Shown here: positions 9,871 to 19,074 of the stretch, piece after piece | How the letters are laid out: each line of letters starts with the position of its first letter | Numbering within the stretch: position 1 is the stretch's first letter | NCBI GenBank assembly: GCA_963815405.1 | Contig: CAWFGR010000008.1 | Coordinates: forward strand, 384,316 to 448,315 | Origin: an uncultured Actinomycetes bacterium | GTDB lineage: Bacteria; Actinomycetota; Acidimicrobiia; IMCC26256; DASPTH01 | Direction of reading: 5' to 3' | Length of the DNA: 64,000 nucleotides | The notes under the pieces: model-generated | Databases searched by the model: none | Seen by the model: the letters and a program-made list of their open reading frames with translations, nothing else | What the model was told of the DNA's origin: nothing | Program-made: the position numbers and the translations under genes

Positions 9871-10953
9871 ATGAGCCCGACGACCTTCACCATTGGCGGA
9901 TTCTTCACGTCGCCCGAAGAGGTGATCGGCGCGGCGACGCGCCTGGAGCAGGCCGGCGTCGACGGGATGTTCAGCGGCGACTCGCAGTGCCTCGCGATCG
10001 ACCCGTTCGTCGCGCTGACGATCGCGGCGAGCGTGACCGAACAACTCGAGCTCTCGACCGGCGTGACGAATCCCTACACGCGTCATCCTGCGGTCTTGGC
10101 GTCCGCGGCTGCGTCGATCCAGGCGTTCTCGCGCGGTCGCTTCACGCTCGGTATCGGACGCGGTGACTCCGCGTTGGCGTACGTCGGCGCGGCGCCCGTC
10201 TCACCCAGTCGACTCGAGGCCGCGTTGGTCCAGATCCAGGGCTACTTGCGTGGAGCCGCGATCGAGCTCGACCCACCGTCAGGCGATGTGCGGCCGATCG
10301 CGGAGCTGGGGTCGATCGGTCACGCGCCGGAGACCAGCAGCCTGCGTTGGCTGTCGAGCGAGCAGCGCAAGGTCCCGGTCGAGGTCATGGCGACGGGCCC
10401 GCGGGTCATTGCGCTCGCGGCACGCCTCGCCGATCGGCTGACGTTCTCCGTCGGCGCCAGCGAAGAGCGTCTCCGCGCGGCGATCGACCTGGCACGTGGC
10501 GCGCGCGTGTCGGCAGGTTTGGACCCAGACGCGTTGGAGCTCGGTGCGCATGTGTCAATCGTGCCCCATCCGAACGTCGATGTCGCGAGGTCGCTTGCTG
10601 CGGGCGCGGTGGCGAGCTCGGCGCGCTTCTCCGTGATGCATGGCTCACCCGTGAGCATCGCCGTCGACGACGACGATCGCGGCGTCTTCGAGCGGGTGCG
10701 CGCAAGCTACGACATGGACCGGCATGACTCGCCGGAGCTCTCCTTGGGAGTCCTCACCGCTGAGTTCGTCGACCGCTACGCCGTCGTGGGTGGCGTCGAC
10801 CTCTGCGTGGCGCGACTCCAACGGCTCGCATCGCTCGGGCTCAGCCACTTCTTGACCGGACGCGGTCGCGGCGAAGCAGTCACGAACGAGGACGGTGTGC
10901 TTTCGCAGCGCCTCCTGGTAGAGGAAGTGATTCCCGCGGTCCACGCCGCATGA
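9871..10953 (+). CDS. LLM-class F420-dependent oxidoreductase
   Basis: ATG 9871. Luciferase-like monooxygenase pattern (FTLGIGRGDS, VMATGPR). Confidence 0.8.
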   Translation: MSPTTFTIGGFFTSPEEVIGAATRLEQAGVDGMFSGDSQCLAIDPFVALTIAASVTEQLELSTGVTNPYTRHPAVLASAAASIQAFSRGRFTLGIGRGDSALAYVGAAPVSPSRLEAALVQIQGYLRGAAIELDPPSGDVRPIAELGSIGHAPETSSLRWLSSEQRKVPVEVMATGPRVIALAARLADRLTFSVGASEERLRAAIDLARGARVSAGLDPDALELGAHVSIVPHPNVDVARSLAAGAVASSARFSVMHGSPVSIAVDDDDRGVFERVRASYDMDRHDSPELSLGVLTAEFVDRYAVVGGVDLCVARLQRLASLGLSHFLTGRGRGEAVTNEDGVLSQRLLVEEVIPAVHAA

Positions 10954-11181
10954 GCTCATCGCGGGCATACGCAAGCGTGAATCGGTAGACCTTGTGTCCC
11001 GGCCTCGTCGTCTCCGACGGGTACTCCACGACCGCGAAGGTGAGCTCCGCAGTCGGGCTGCGACCCGTTGGTATCCGCGCTGACGCAGCGCGCGCCGCTG
11101 CTCCTCGAGACAGCGCTGCCATCGTTCAGGGCTCGCACGCAAACCTGGGCTGACGGTCACAAACGTCTCGACGGCAGCCAC
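10880..11181 (-). CDS. Small hypothetical protein downstream of the HTH gene (probable frame change near 11074; 3' end uncertain)
   Basis: It starts 1 nt after the stop of the HTH gene. The N-terminal 36 aa of track ORF 10645..11181 continue plausibly in track ORF 10880..11122 (ELTFAVVEYPSETTRPGHKVYRFTLAYARDEL). No family recognised. Confidence 0.3.
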
Positions 11182-11182
11182 G

Positions 11183-11488
11183 CTAACGATCCGATCGCGT
11201 CGACTGGGCCTCGTCGCCGGTGAGCAGCTCGAGGAGCTGTCCGATCGTGTACTCGTGTCCGGTCTCGGGAAGCGGCAGCTCGTGGTGGATCTCGTAGCGA
11301 TTCCGGCGTCCGTCTCGCTGCTTCGCCAGATAGCCGGCGGCGCAGAGATCGTTGACGATTCCGAACACCGAGCGCTCCGTCAGGTTGAGCGTGGCCGCCA
11401 TGTCGCGCAGCCGAGCGCCCGGGTCCTGCGCCACGCACAACAGCACGCGGGCATGGTTCGTGAGGAAGTTCCACTCGGTCACGCCCAC
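11183..11488 (-). CDS. Winged-helix HTH transcriptional regulator (MarR/ArsR-like)
   Basis: 101 aa. NHARVLLCVAQDPGARLRDMAATLNLTERSVFGIVNDLCAAGYL is an HTH plus wing. Confidence 0.75.
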   Translation of the reverse strand: MGVTEWNFLTNHARVLLCVAQDPGARLRDMAATLNLTERSVFGIVNDLCAAGYLAKQRDGRRNRYEIHHELPLPETGHEYTIGQLLELLTGDEAQSTRSDR

Positions 11489-11518
11489 AGTCTATGGGAA
11501 TAAGGATTCTGGAGTGCA

Positions 11519-11552
11519 GATTAAGGAAATACGTTGCTATACTCAGCCCAGC
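11519..11552 (+). promoter_or_regulatory. AT-rich promoter/operator-like motif (TGCTATACTCA, -10-like TATACT at 11538-11543)
   Basis: This AT-rich island in a GC-rich genome lies between divergent genes. It is 22/34 identical to a second site at 13111-13144. Confidence 0.35.
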
Positions 11553-11794
11553 GTTCCACGTCTCGAGAGGAAAAGCGTTCCGGTGCCACGCCCCCACACG
11601 CAACGCGGTGCGCCATCGACACGCTCGGGCGCGAGCGGGCCGGGCGGAGGGCCGCCGGCGCCGCGCCATTGTGGTCGCTGCCGCTTGTTCTTCCCGGGCG
11701 ACCGATCCCTCGATCCCTCACTGCCACCGCGCTGGTGGGCATGTGCCCCGTGCCGCGCCGCGTTGTTTCCGCACTACCAGGCGACCAACCGGCG

Positions 11795-12568
11795 ATGGCA
11801 GTGACCGGGCGAGCCACCGCGGTGAACAGGGCGCTGCAGGCTCCCACCGCGGTCCGGAGGACTCTGGGTGCTGGCGAATGTGATCGGTCTCCCGTCTGGA
11901 CGTTGAGCCCACGCCCTGCCGCGAGCACCGCCGAGCACGGCTCCCTCGCGCGGCGGCATGTGCTGGCTGCAGTGGCACGTCGAGGCCTGCCCGGAGTTGT
12001 CGATGCCTCGTTCATCCCGGCCGCGATCTTCGTGCTCTGCGCCCCGAGATTCGGGAGCAGCGCGGCGATGGTGGTCGTGCTGCTCTGGGGCTATTCGGCG
12101 CTCCTGCGTCGCCTCGTGAGGCGCCGGCCCGTCCCCGCGGTGCTCCAGCTCGCGACCCTGGGCTTGACCATCAAGACGATCATCGGGCTCGCGAGCGGGA
12201 GCACGTTCGCCTATTTCGCACAGCCCATCGCAACCACGATCGCCATCGGTGGTGTCTTCCTCGGGTCCGTCGTCGTCGGTCGACCGCTGATCGCCCACAT
12301 CGCGCACGATTTCTGTCCCGTTTCCACCGAGGTCGCGGAGCGACCTGCAGTGGCCCAGCTCTTCGTGGGCCTGACGGTGCTGTGGGCGGTGGTGCAGCTC
12401 CTGAGCGCCGTGACGACGTTCGCACTCTTGATCAGTGTGCCGGTCACGGTGTTCGCGGTGGTCAAGCCCGCGGCGTCGTTGGCCACAACGGCGGCAGCGG
12501 TGACCATCACCGTGTGTTGGTCGCTTCGCACGGCGCGCCGGGAGGACCTCGTGTTCGCGACCGCCTGA
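11795..12568 (+). CDS. Integral membrane protein (VC0807/DUF3159-like); start uncertain
   Basis: The C-terminal ~200 aa of track ORF 11534..12568 form 5-6 TM helices. Candidate starts are ATG 11795 and GTG near 11959. Confidence 0.6.
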   Translation: MAVTGRATAVNRALQAPTAVRRTLGAGECDRSPVWTLSPRPAASTAEHGSLARRHVLAAVARRGLPGVVDASFIPAAIFVLCAPRFGSSAAMVVVLLWGYSALLRRLVRRRPVPAVLQLATLGLTIKTIIGLASGSTFAYFAQPIATTIAIGGVFLGSVVVGRPLIAHIAHDFCPVSTEVAERPAVAQLFVGLTVLWAVVQLLSAVTTFALLISVPVTVFAVVKPAASLATTAAAVTITVCWSLRTARREDLVFATA

Positions 12569-12669
12569 GCGTGGACGGCGCGTCACCGCCGACTCGACGG
12601 CTGTCGACATCGGTCCACCTCTCGCCCGGGCATCATCCGGCTCGGCGGGCTCGTCGCGGAGCAGGACAG

Positions 12670-12879
12670 CTACTCCTGCTTCGTGCGCTTGAGAAGCACT
12701 GCGACTGTCTCATCGGTCAGCTCGGTGATGGCGACCGCTTCCCAGCCCTGTTCTCCAACGTCATCAAGGGCTCGGACGGCAGCAGATTCGCCGCGTCCAG
12801 CCGTCGGAGCTTCGAACCGAGGGAGAGCAAGCAGCAGATACTCCCATTTCGCGGCGCCGTGGCTGTCGGCGAGGCTCAT
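12670..12879 (-). CDS. DUF4177-like small protein
   Basis: ATG 12879. The KWEYLLLALPRFE ... LDDVGEQGWEAVAI pattern matches the family. Confidence 0.6.
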   Translation of the reverse strand: MSLADSHGAAKWEYLLLALPRFEAPTAGRGESAAVRALDDVGEQGWEAVAITELTDETVAVLLKRTKQE

Positions 12880-13069
12880 CGGTGGGGCCCCCGGTGCGGG
12901 CGCACCTTCCAACACACGTTGGGGTGGCCGTTGCGGTTCCCGAGATCCTGCCCGAAGACCCCGTGGCCGAGCTCCCGCTCCACCCGATCACGTTCTTTGG
13001 CCACCGCGGCGATCACGGACGGGTCCTGGATGCGAGGCCACTCGGGTGCTGGCGGGTTCGTGATCGCAT
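12876..13069 (-). CDS. Small hypothetical protein, translationally coupled to the DUF4177 gene (probable indel near its 5' end)
   Basis: The stop overlaps the downstream ATG (ATGA at 12876-12879). A strong GGAGG-N4-ATG sits at 13069. The plausible coding frame (PEWPRIQDPSVIAAVAKERDRVERELGHGVFGQDLGNRNGHPNVCWKV) is offset by one from that ATG. Confidence 0.35.
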
Positions 13070-13110
13070 CACGACCTCCGTGCCGGGAACCAGTCGAATT
13101 ATTGTAGCTT

Positions 13111-13144
13111 GTTTCAAGAAATCATCTGCTATAGTCAAGCAGCC
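13111..13144 (+). promoter_or_regulatory. AT-rich promoter/operator-like motif (TGCTATAGTCA, -10-like TATAGT at 13130-13135)
   Basis: Second copy of the motif seen at 11519-11552, again between divergent genes. Confidence 0.35.
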
Positions 13145-13276
13145 AGGTCACCGGAGGCGCGCACCCCCTCTTCGCGCGGTCGCCGCGTGTGCCTCACTGC
13201 ATGTTCTCTTCATCTCTTCGCCGTGGTGTGCGGGATCGGCGGCCCAGCAACGCCCCCACGACGAACGGAGCCTGCC

Positions 13277-13519
13277 ATGGCGCATCCTACGCGAGATGAC
13301 TTCGGGGTCCTGTGCGACTACTGGAGCGGCGGTGCGCTCCGCGACGCGACCGCCGGCGAGCTTGCGGCGAGCCTGGCCGCGCAGGACTCGGCCCGTGGAA
13401 TCGTCGTGGTCGATCGGACGGCCTGCACCGTCCAGCCGCGCGGCGCATCACACCTGACCGTGGATCGAACCGTCGCGCCGCCTCGAACCCTTGCCGAGGC
13501 TGCAGCGCATTCGGGATAG
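13277..13519 (+). CDS. Hypothetical small protein (80 aa)
   Basis: ATG 13277 within track ORF 13109..13519, downstream of the AT-rich motif. No family recognised. Confidence 0.35.
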   Translation: MAHPTRDDFGVLCDYWSGGALRDATAGELAASLAAQDSARGIVVVDRTACTVQPRGASHLTVDRTVAPPRTLAEAAAHSG

Positions 13520-13616
13520 TCGGAGGGCCCCCGTGGGTCTTCGTCGACGCTGCGCAGTGTCCGCGGCGACGAGGCTCGAACACCCACCGCATCGTGCGCC
13601 AACGTGCGGGCCAGGT

Positions 13617-14153
13617 TCAGATCATCCTGTAGTAGCCGTACACGTCGACGATGAAGTCGGTTCTGCCGTTGCCTCCGGCGTTGACGGCGAGCTCGTGATT
13701 CGGCGTTCCGGTGGGAACAGTGACCATGTTCGCGAGCACCTGCCCGTTGGCCGACCAGTTGATGGTGCTGACGTTCGGCAGGGGAGCACCTGCGGCGAAG
13801 ACTCTCAGCCAACCGTCACTGTTCGTCGTTGTGTTCACGACGGTGATGTTGACGAGCACTGCCACGGCGTCGCCGGGAAGTTGTGACATCGTGACCGGAC
13901 GGAACGCGCCGCTCGTCATCGGCCCTGCAGGATCGGTGCGGGAGTCATACGCGCGAAACGGGCTGACGGGTACAAAGACCGCAGGCGTGTCGGCACTCTG
14001 CTGCGCCTCGGCGTCATCGCCGTGCAGTGTCATCGCGACGAGCCCGATACCCACGCACAGAGCGGCCGCGGTTGCCAGTGCCATCACGCGGCGGCGGGTC
14101 GGGTGCTTCGTGTTCGTTCCTTCCTGGGTTCCTCGCACATCGAGCATGTTCAT
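13617..14153 (-). CDS. Secreted/membrane-anchored hypothetical protein
   Basis: ATG 14153 follows GGAGG. It has an N-terminal hydrophobic anchor (VMALATAAALCVGIGLVAM) and a beta-rich domain ending DVYGYY, as in many actinobacterial secreted proteins. Confidence 0.65.
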   Translation of the reverse strand: MNMLDVRGTQEGTNTKHPTRRRVMALATAAALCVGIGLVAMTLHGDDAEAQQSADTPAVFVPVSPFRAYDSRTDPAGPMTSGAFRPVTMSQLPGDAVAVLVNITVVNTTTNSDGWLRVFAAGAPLPNVSTINWSANGQVLANMVTVPTGTPNHELAVNAGGNGRTDFIVDVYGYYRMI

Positions 14154-14607
14154 GTGTCCTCCCCGTGGGTTCGGCGAGGCGCGCCAATCGCGCGTCGTTG
14201 TGTACTCATCTCTGCGTACCCACGATGATTGTGAAATCGAGTCGGTCTCGCGACGTTTGCATGGCAACTCCGCGCACGGGCCGAGGCCGGCTTACCGACG
14301 CTCCGTTCGCATGAGCGTCGTCTGATCGTCACGAAGTCCCCCGATTCGGAATCGAGCCCCGGGTAGCGTCGAGGGATGTTCACGGTCGAGTACCGGTGTC
14401 CGACGCACGCTCGGGTCGAGCATGTCGACCCCGCGGAGGCAAGCCCGTCATGCCCGTTCCTGATTCGACGCGAGGTCTTCGGAGGTCAGAGTCTCGAGCG
14501 CTACGGACTCCCGTTGCACGCGTCCTCGACGTAGCGGGATCGAAGTCCGGGGTGTCCCTCACCACGTCTCACGGCCGAGCTCCTCGTCCGCGTATCGTTG
14601 CGAGGTC

Positions 14608-16189
14608 GTGAGTTCCGATCGTGCCGCGGCATTCGAGATGTCGTCCCATGACCCGCCGTGGCTGAGACGATCGGCCGTCGGGGTTGCGGTCGCCCTGTTC
14701 GCCGTGGTGATCGGGTTGCTCACGGCGCACATGACTTCGTCTCCCACGAGGTTCGGGCCTCACGACGCGACGGCCCGCTTGGAGTTCGACGGCCGCGTGA
14801 CCTTCGACGCCGGACCGCTCGGTTCGCTCGCCACGCCGATCCGCCTCCCGTTCGGCCTCGGGGTCGAGATCACCCTCCACGACATTCCCGACGTCGCCGG
14901 ACCGCCCAGGTCCAACGTCAGCCCAGATGAGCTGAGGGCATACGCGAGCCTGTACACGAGACCCGGCGCCGACACGTCCCGGGTGGAACGGGCGATCGCG
15001 CGACGCTTCCTCGTGGGATGCTTTGTCGGCCTTCTCGCCGCCATCTTCCTCTATGCCTATCCCGGACGAGACCGTCGACAGCGCGTTGGCGCGCCGTCTC
15101 GGGGGACCGGTGCGTGCCAGCCTGGTGGTGACGATGTGCAGCGTGCTCGCCATCGGCGGTTACGTCGGGGTGCAGGCCGTGACTCGCCGCGAACGACCGA
15201 ACGTCGATCGCGCGTTCGCGGGGACCGTCCTCGAGCGAGCGACCGTCCGTGGACGCTGGATGCACGTGCTCGTCAACGACGTCGGTGCGCAGTTCCTGAG
15301 CTTCCTCGAAGACAACCGCGCGTTCTATTCCGCCGTCACTCGCAACGCGCAACGCGCCGTTCGACGAGCTCATCTCCCGCACGCGGGAGACACGCTCGTC
15401 ACGGTGCTGCTCGTGGAGGGCCTGAAGTGCAACGAGGGCATGATGGGAGTCGTGGGCAGCCTCGCCGACGAGCTCGAGCCCGCGTTCGTGCTGAGCGCGG
15501 GCGACGACAGCCTGACGAGCGCCGGTCTCGAGCAACTGTGCGTCGACGCGCTCGCCTCGGCGGTCCGGGGCCACGCGGTCGTCGTCGCCCCGGGGAACCA
15601 CGACTCGGCCGTCTCGCGTGCGGCGATGCACGCCCATGGCTTCACCGTCCTCCACGGCGAACCGGTGGCGCGCGCAGGCCTCGTGATCCTCGGCGACGGC
15701 GACCCACGCGTGGAGGAGTCCCTCGGCACCAGCACCCAGGTGCGCCCGGAGACCGTCGGTGAGATGGCCGGCCGCCTGGCCCGCGTGGCCTGCGAGGATC
15801 CGGCAGCCGTGGATCTGACGGTCGTGAACCAGCCTGCGGGTCTCGAGCAGGTGATCGCGGACGGCTGCACGAGGTTGGCGGTCGCGGGAGGGACCGAACG
15901 CGACCTCTCGCTGCGGCTTGCCCAGAACGGTCGTGTCGTGCCCCGCTATCTCGCCGCCAGCGCGGGTGGCGCGGTCTACGACGCGAGTGCCAGCCTGTTC
16001 TCCACGCTCGGTCCGCTGCGCGCCCCGGCCGAGATGACCTTGCTCACCATCAGCAGGGCATCAGGTCGACCGCTCGAATTCCACGTGCTCACCATCTCGA
16101 CGGATGAGACCGTGGTCGTCTCGCCTCCGACGCTCCTCCCGTACGGCGCGACCGCCGCAGGCCAGCGCGAGCTCGCGCAACCTCACTAG
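14608..16189 (+). CDS. Membrane-anchored metallophosphoesterase (apparent frameshift near 15064)
   Basis: Track ORF 14608..15762 (first ~150 aa, TM helices) joins track ORF 15023..16189 at CCCGGAC (extra G). It has a GDDSLT ... VVAPGNHD calcineurin-like motif. Confidence 0.7.
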
Positions 16190-16304
16190 CGCCAGGAACC
16201 CTGGTTCGCCGACCGCTCCATTCGCCCCAGGTAGCATCGCCGACGCCCGTCGAGCAGGAGTCTTCTCCGGCGAATTCGACCGGGCCCCCACCCCGTGCCC
16301 CGTT

Positions 16305-16378
16305 GCCCCGTTAGCTCAGAGGATGAGAGCGGCCGCCTCCTAAGCGGCAGGTCGTTGGTTCGAATCCAACACGGGGCG
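16305..16378 (+). tRNA. tRNA-Arg (anticodon CCT)
   Basis: Manual cloverleaf: acceptor GCCCCGT/ACGGGGC, D arm GCTC-AGAGGATGA-GAGC, anticodon arm GCCGC-CTCCTAA-GCGGC, T arm GTTGG-TTCGAAT-CCAAC. Confidence 0.9.
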
Positions 16379-16392
16379 CCCCGAACAATCGC

Positions 16393-16812
16393 TCAGGAGC
16401 CGTCGTGGCCCCGGAGCCATTCGCTGACCGCCCGGCTCAGGGCGAACGGGATCGAGACGGCAGCGCAGCAGCCCTCCACCAACGCGGCGGCCGATCGCGC
16501 CGCGAGCATCACCGGACCGGGCAGTGGTGCCGGCGGTTCGGGTGTCGAGAGCTTCGGCTCGAGCCCGGCCTGCTCCACGGCGACGAGAATCGCCTCCAGG
16601 AGGTAGCGGAGCTCGCGCAGCTCGGCCGACATCTCGTCGAGGCGAAGGTGCACTCCGTCGAGCTCGGATCGGGGTGGACCCTCGCTGGGCGGTCGGGTCT
16701 CGGGCGGCATCGATGCGAGCAGCTCGCTGAAGGTCTTGCCGAGACCTCGCTGTTGCGCCACGCGCCGTACCTCGTCCCGCTCGCCACCAACCTGTTCGAC
16801 CCCGATCGGCAC
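16393..16812 (-). CDS. Hypothetical protein
   Basis: 139-aa ORF divergent from the protease gene. The composition is partly plausible (DEMSAELRELRYLLEAILVAVEQ), but no family is recognised. Confidence 0.35.
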   Translation of the reverse strand: MPIGVEQVGGERDEVRRVAQQRGLGKTFSELLASMPPETRPPSEGPPRSELDGVHLRLDEMSAELRELRYLLEAILVAVEQAGLEPKLSTPEPPAPLPGPVMLAARSAAALVEGCCAAVSIPFALSRAVSEWLRGHDGS

Positions 16813-16934
16813 CGTATCGGAGGTGACGACGAGCTCCGCGCATCCTCCAGAGGTGGGAGTAGGGACCCATGGCTCACAGAGAGCTCACAGAGCCATCCCA
16901 GCACCAGGCGAAACGCCCGGGGCACAATCGGAGC

Positions 16935-17966
16935 ATGCCGAGCGACGCGTGGTTCCCTCCGGATGGGCCGACCACCACTCCGACTCCCGAGGCGCCGACC
17001 GGCCCACCCATTCGTGACGACGCGCCGAGCGCACCTCCGTGGCCGCCCCGACCGGCGACTGCAGTGCCATCCGGGTCGGCATCTGCCGCGTCGGCACCCG
17101 TGCCGGCGCCCGGCGGAGCCGATCGCACGACGTCCGTCGCGTGGTATCCGGGACCCACCGCCCCTTCCCCGACCACGACCGCGTCGAAGCGGCGCGCGCG
17201 CCGGCCCTTCGCGGTGTCGCTCCTCAGCGCGATCCTTGGCGGGATCGTGGGCGCGGGCGTGGCGGCTGGCGTCTTCGTTGCCCTTGATCCGACGAGCAAC
17301 GGGTCGTCGGCCGCACCGGTGATCGTGCGCACCACGTCCAGTGGACAGTCCGCACCGACCGACATGCAGGCGATCCTCGCGGCCGACGTCCCCGCGGTCG
17401 TCGCGATCACGGCGACGTCCGGGTCGCGGTTCGGGGGCACGGCGGCCGGCACCGGGTTCGTCGTGACGTCCGACGGCCTCATCGTCACCAACAACCATGT
17501 GATCGCAGGAGCCACGCGCATCCAGATCGCGTTCGCGGACGGTCGCACCCTGGCGGCGACCGTCGCCGTGCGCTCGGCCGCCGACGACCTCGCCGTGCTG
17601 CGGGTCGGCGCCACCGGCCTTCCGACCGTGCAGCTCGGAACGTCTGCATCGGTGGAGGTCGGCGACGACGCCGTGGCCATCGGCAACGCGCTCGCGCTCG
17701 AGGGCGGGCTGAGTGTCACCCGGGGGATCATCTCCGCGAAGGACCGCGACATCCCCACGCAGGACGGCGGCACCTTGAAGAGTGCCATCCAGACCGACGC
17801 GGCCATCAACCCCGGCAACTCGGGCGGACCGCTCGTCGACTCCTCCGGCCGCGTCATCGGGATCAACACCGCCGCCGCGAACCCGACCTACGCGCAGAAC
17901 GTCGGCTTCGCGATCCCCATCGAGCGTGTACTGCCCTTCATCGAGCAGGCCCGAGCCGGCCACTGA
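16935..17966 (+). CDS. Trypsin-like serine protease (S1C/HtrA-like, no PDZ seen)
   Basis: ATG 16935. It has a Pro-rich N-terminus and one TM helix. Catalytic triad context: TNNHV (His), DDLAVL (Asp), GNSGGPL (Ser). Confidence 0.85.
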   Translation: MPSDAWFPPDGPTTTPTPEAPTGPPIRDDAPSAPPWPPRPATAVPSGSASAASAPVPAPGGADRTTSVAWYPGPTAPSPTTTASKRRARRPFAVSLLSAILGGIVGAGVAAGVFVALDPTSNGSSAAPVIVRTTSSGQSAPTDMQAILAADVPAVVAITATSGSRFGGTAAGTGFVVTSDGLIVTNNHVIAGATRIQIAFADGRTLAATVAVRSAADDLAVLRVGATGLPTVQLGTSASVEVGDDAVAIGNALALEGGLSVTRGIISAKDRDIPTQDGGTLKSAIQTDAAINPGNSGGPLVDSSGRVIGINTAAANPTYAQNVGFAIPIERVLPFIEQARAGH

Positions 17967-18071
17967 TCGCCGCCCTCGTCGGCGGCGCGCCGCCTCGGAG
18001 ACGGCCCGAGTCCCGTCCTAACATCGCCGCCGCCGGTCCTGGTGGGGGACCCAGGCCCCGAAGGAGGGTGC

Positions 18072-19074
18072 GTGACGGTGCTGGATCCCGGGCAGTTCGA
18101 CGCGCGGCTCGCGACGCTGCTGGAACAGTGGCACCCGGGATCGTTGATCGCCGAGCTCCTCCCGCTCGAGGGCGGCAAGTCGAGCCTCACGTACCTCGCG
18201 ACCGTGAAGGACGGCCCTGCCGATGACCCGAAGATCGTGGTGAAGGTCGCGCCGCCCGGCCTCGAGCCGGTGCGCAACCGTGACGTGCTCCGGCAAGCGC
18301 GCGTGCTCCACACGATCGGTGGCGCGCGTGGCGTGCGGGTACCGCGCGTGCTGTTCGAGGACGCGGGTGCGCCGCCCGAAGTCCCGCCGCTGTTCGCGAT
18401 GTCATACCTCGCCGGGAGCTCCTACGAGCCGACCTTCGACGTCGAGGCCGATCCTCCGAGCGCCGATGTCCTGCACGAGCGAGCCCGCGCCGCGTCGCGC
18501 ATGCTCGCCGCGGTGCACGCGCTGCGTCCCGATGCGATCGGCCTGGGCGACGAGCCGGAGGGCCACCTCGATGCCGAGGTCGCGCGCTGGAAGAAGAGTC
18601 TCGACACGGTCGACGAGGATCTGCGGCCGCGAGCCGACGAGTTGCACGCCGCGCTGCTCGCGAAGCTGCCCGCGCCGATTCCGACGTCGATCGTCCATGG
18701 CGACTACCGGCTCGGCAACCTGCTGTGCGTCGGCGGGGACGTGGCCGCGATCATCGACTGGGAGATCTGGAGCCGGACGGATCCGCGCATCGATCTCGGC
18801 TGGTTCCTGATGTTCGCGAAGCTCCCGCACGACCCGCGGAGCACGGTGATGCCGACGCCCCGTGAGCTCCTGGAGGAGTACGAAGTCGCGCCGCGGCGCT
18901 GCAGTCCCCGAGATGGGCTGGTTCGACGCGCTCGCGTGCTACAAGCGCACGGCGACGACCGCGCTGATCGTCAAGCACGCGCGCTTGCGACCGCAGTACG
19001 ACCCCCGGCTCGACGACGAAGCTGCGGGTATCGGACCGATGGTCGAGCGTGGCCTCGCCCACCTCGACACGTAG
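18072..19074 (+). CDS. Phosphotransferase-family protein (APH-like kinase fold; apparent frameshift at ~18891)
   Basis: GTG 18072 follows AAGGAGG. Motifs: IVHGDYRLGNLL and IDWE. The C-terminus continues in track ORF 18862..19074 after an extra C. Confidence 0.8.

Noticed and set aside
13600-16400. Genomic island integrated at tRNA-Arg (16305-16378)
   Set aside because: No integrase, no excisionase, no direct repeat of the tRNA 3' end and no clear compositional shift were seen. The neighbouring genes look like ordinary actinobacterial membrane or secreted proteins.
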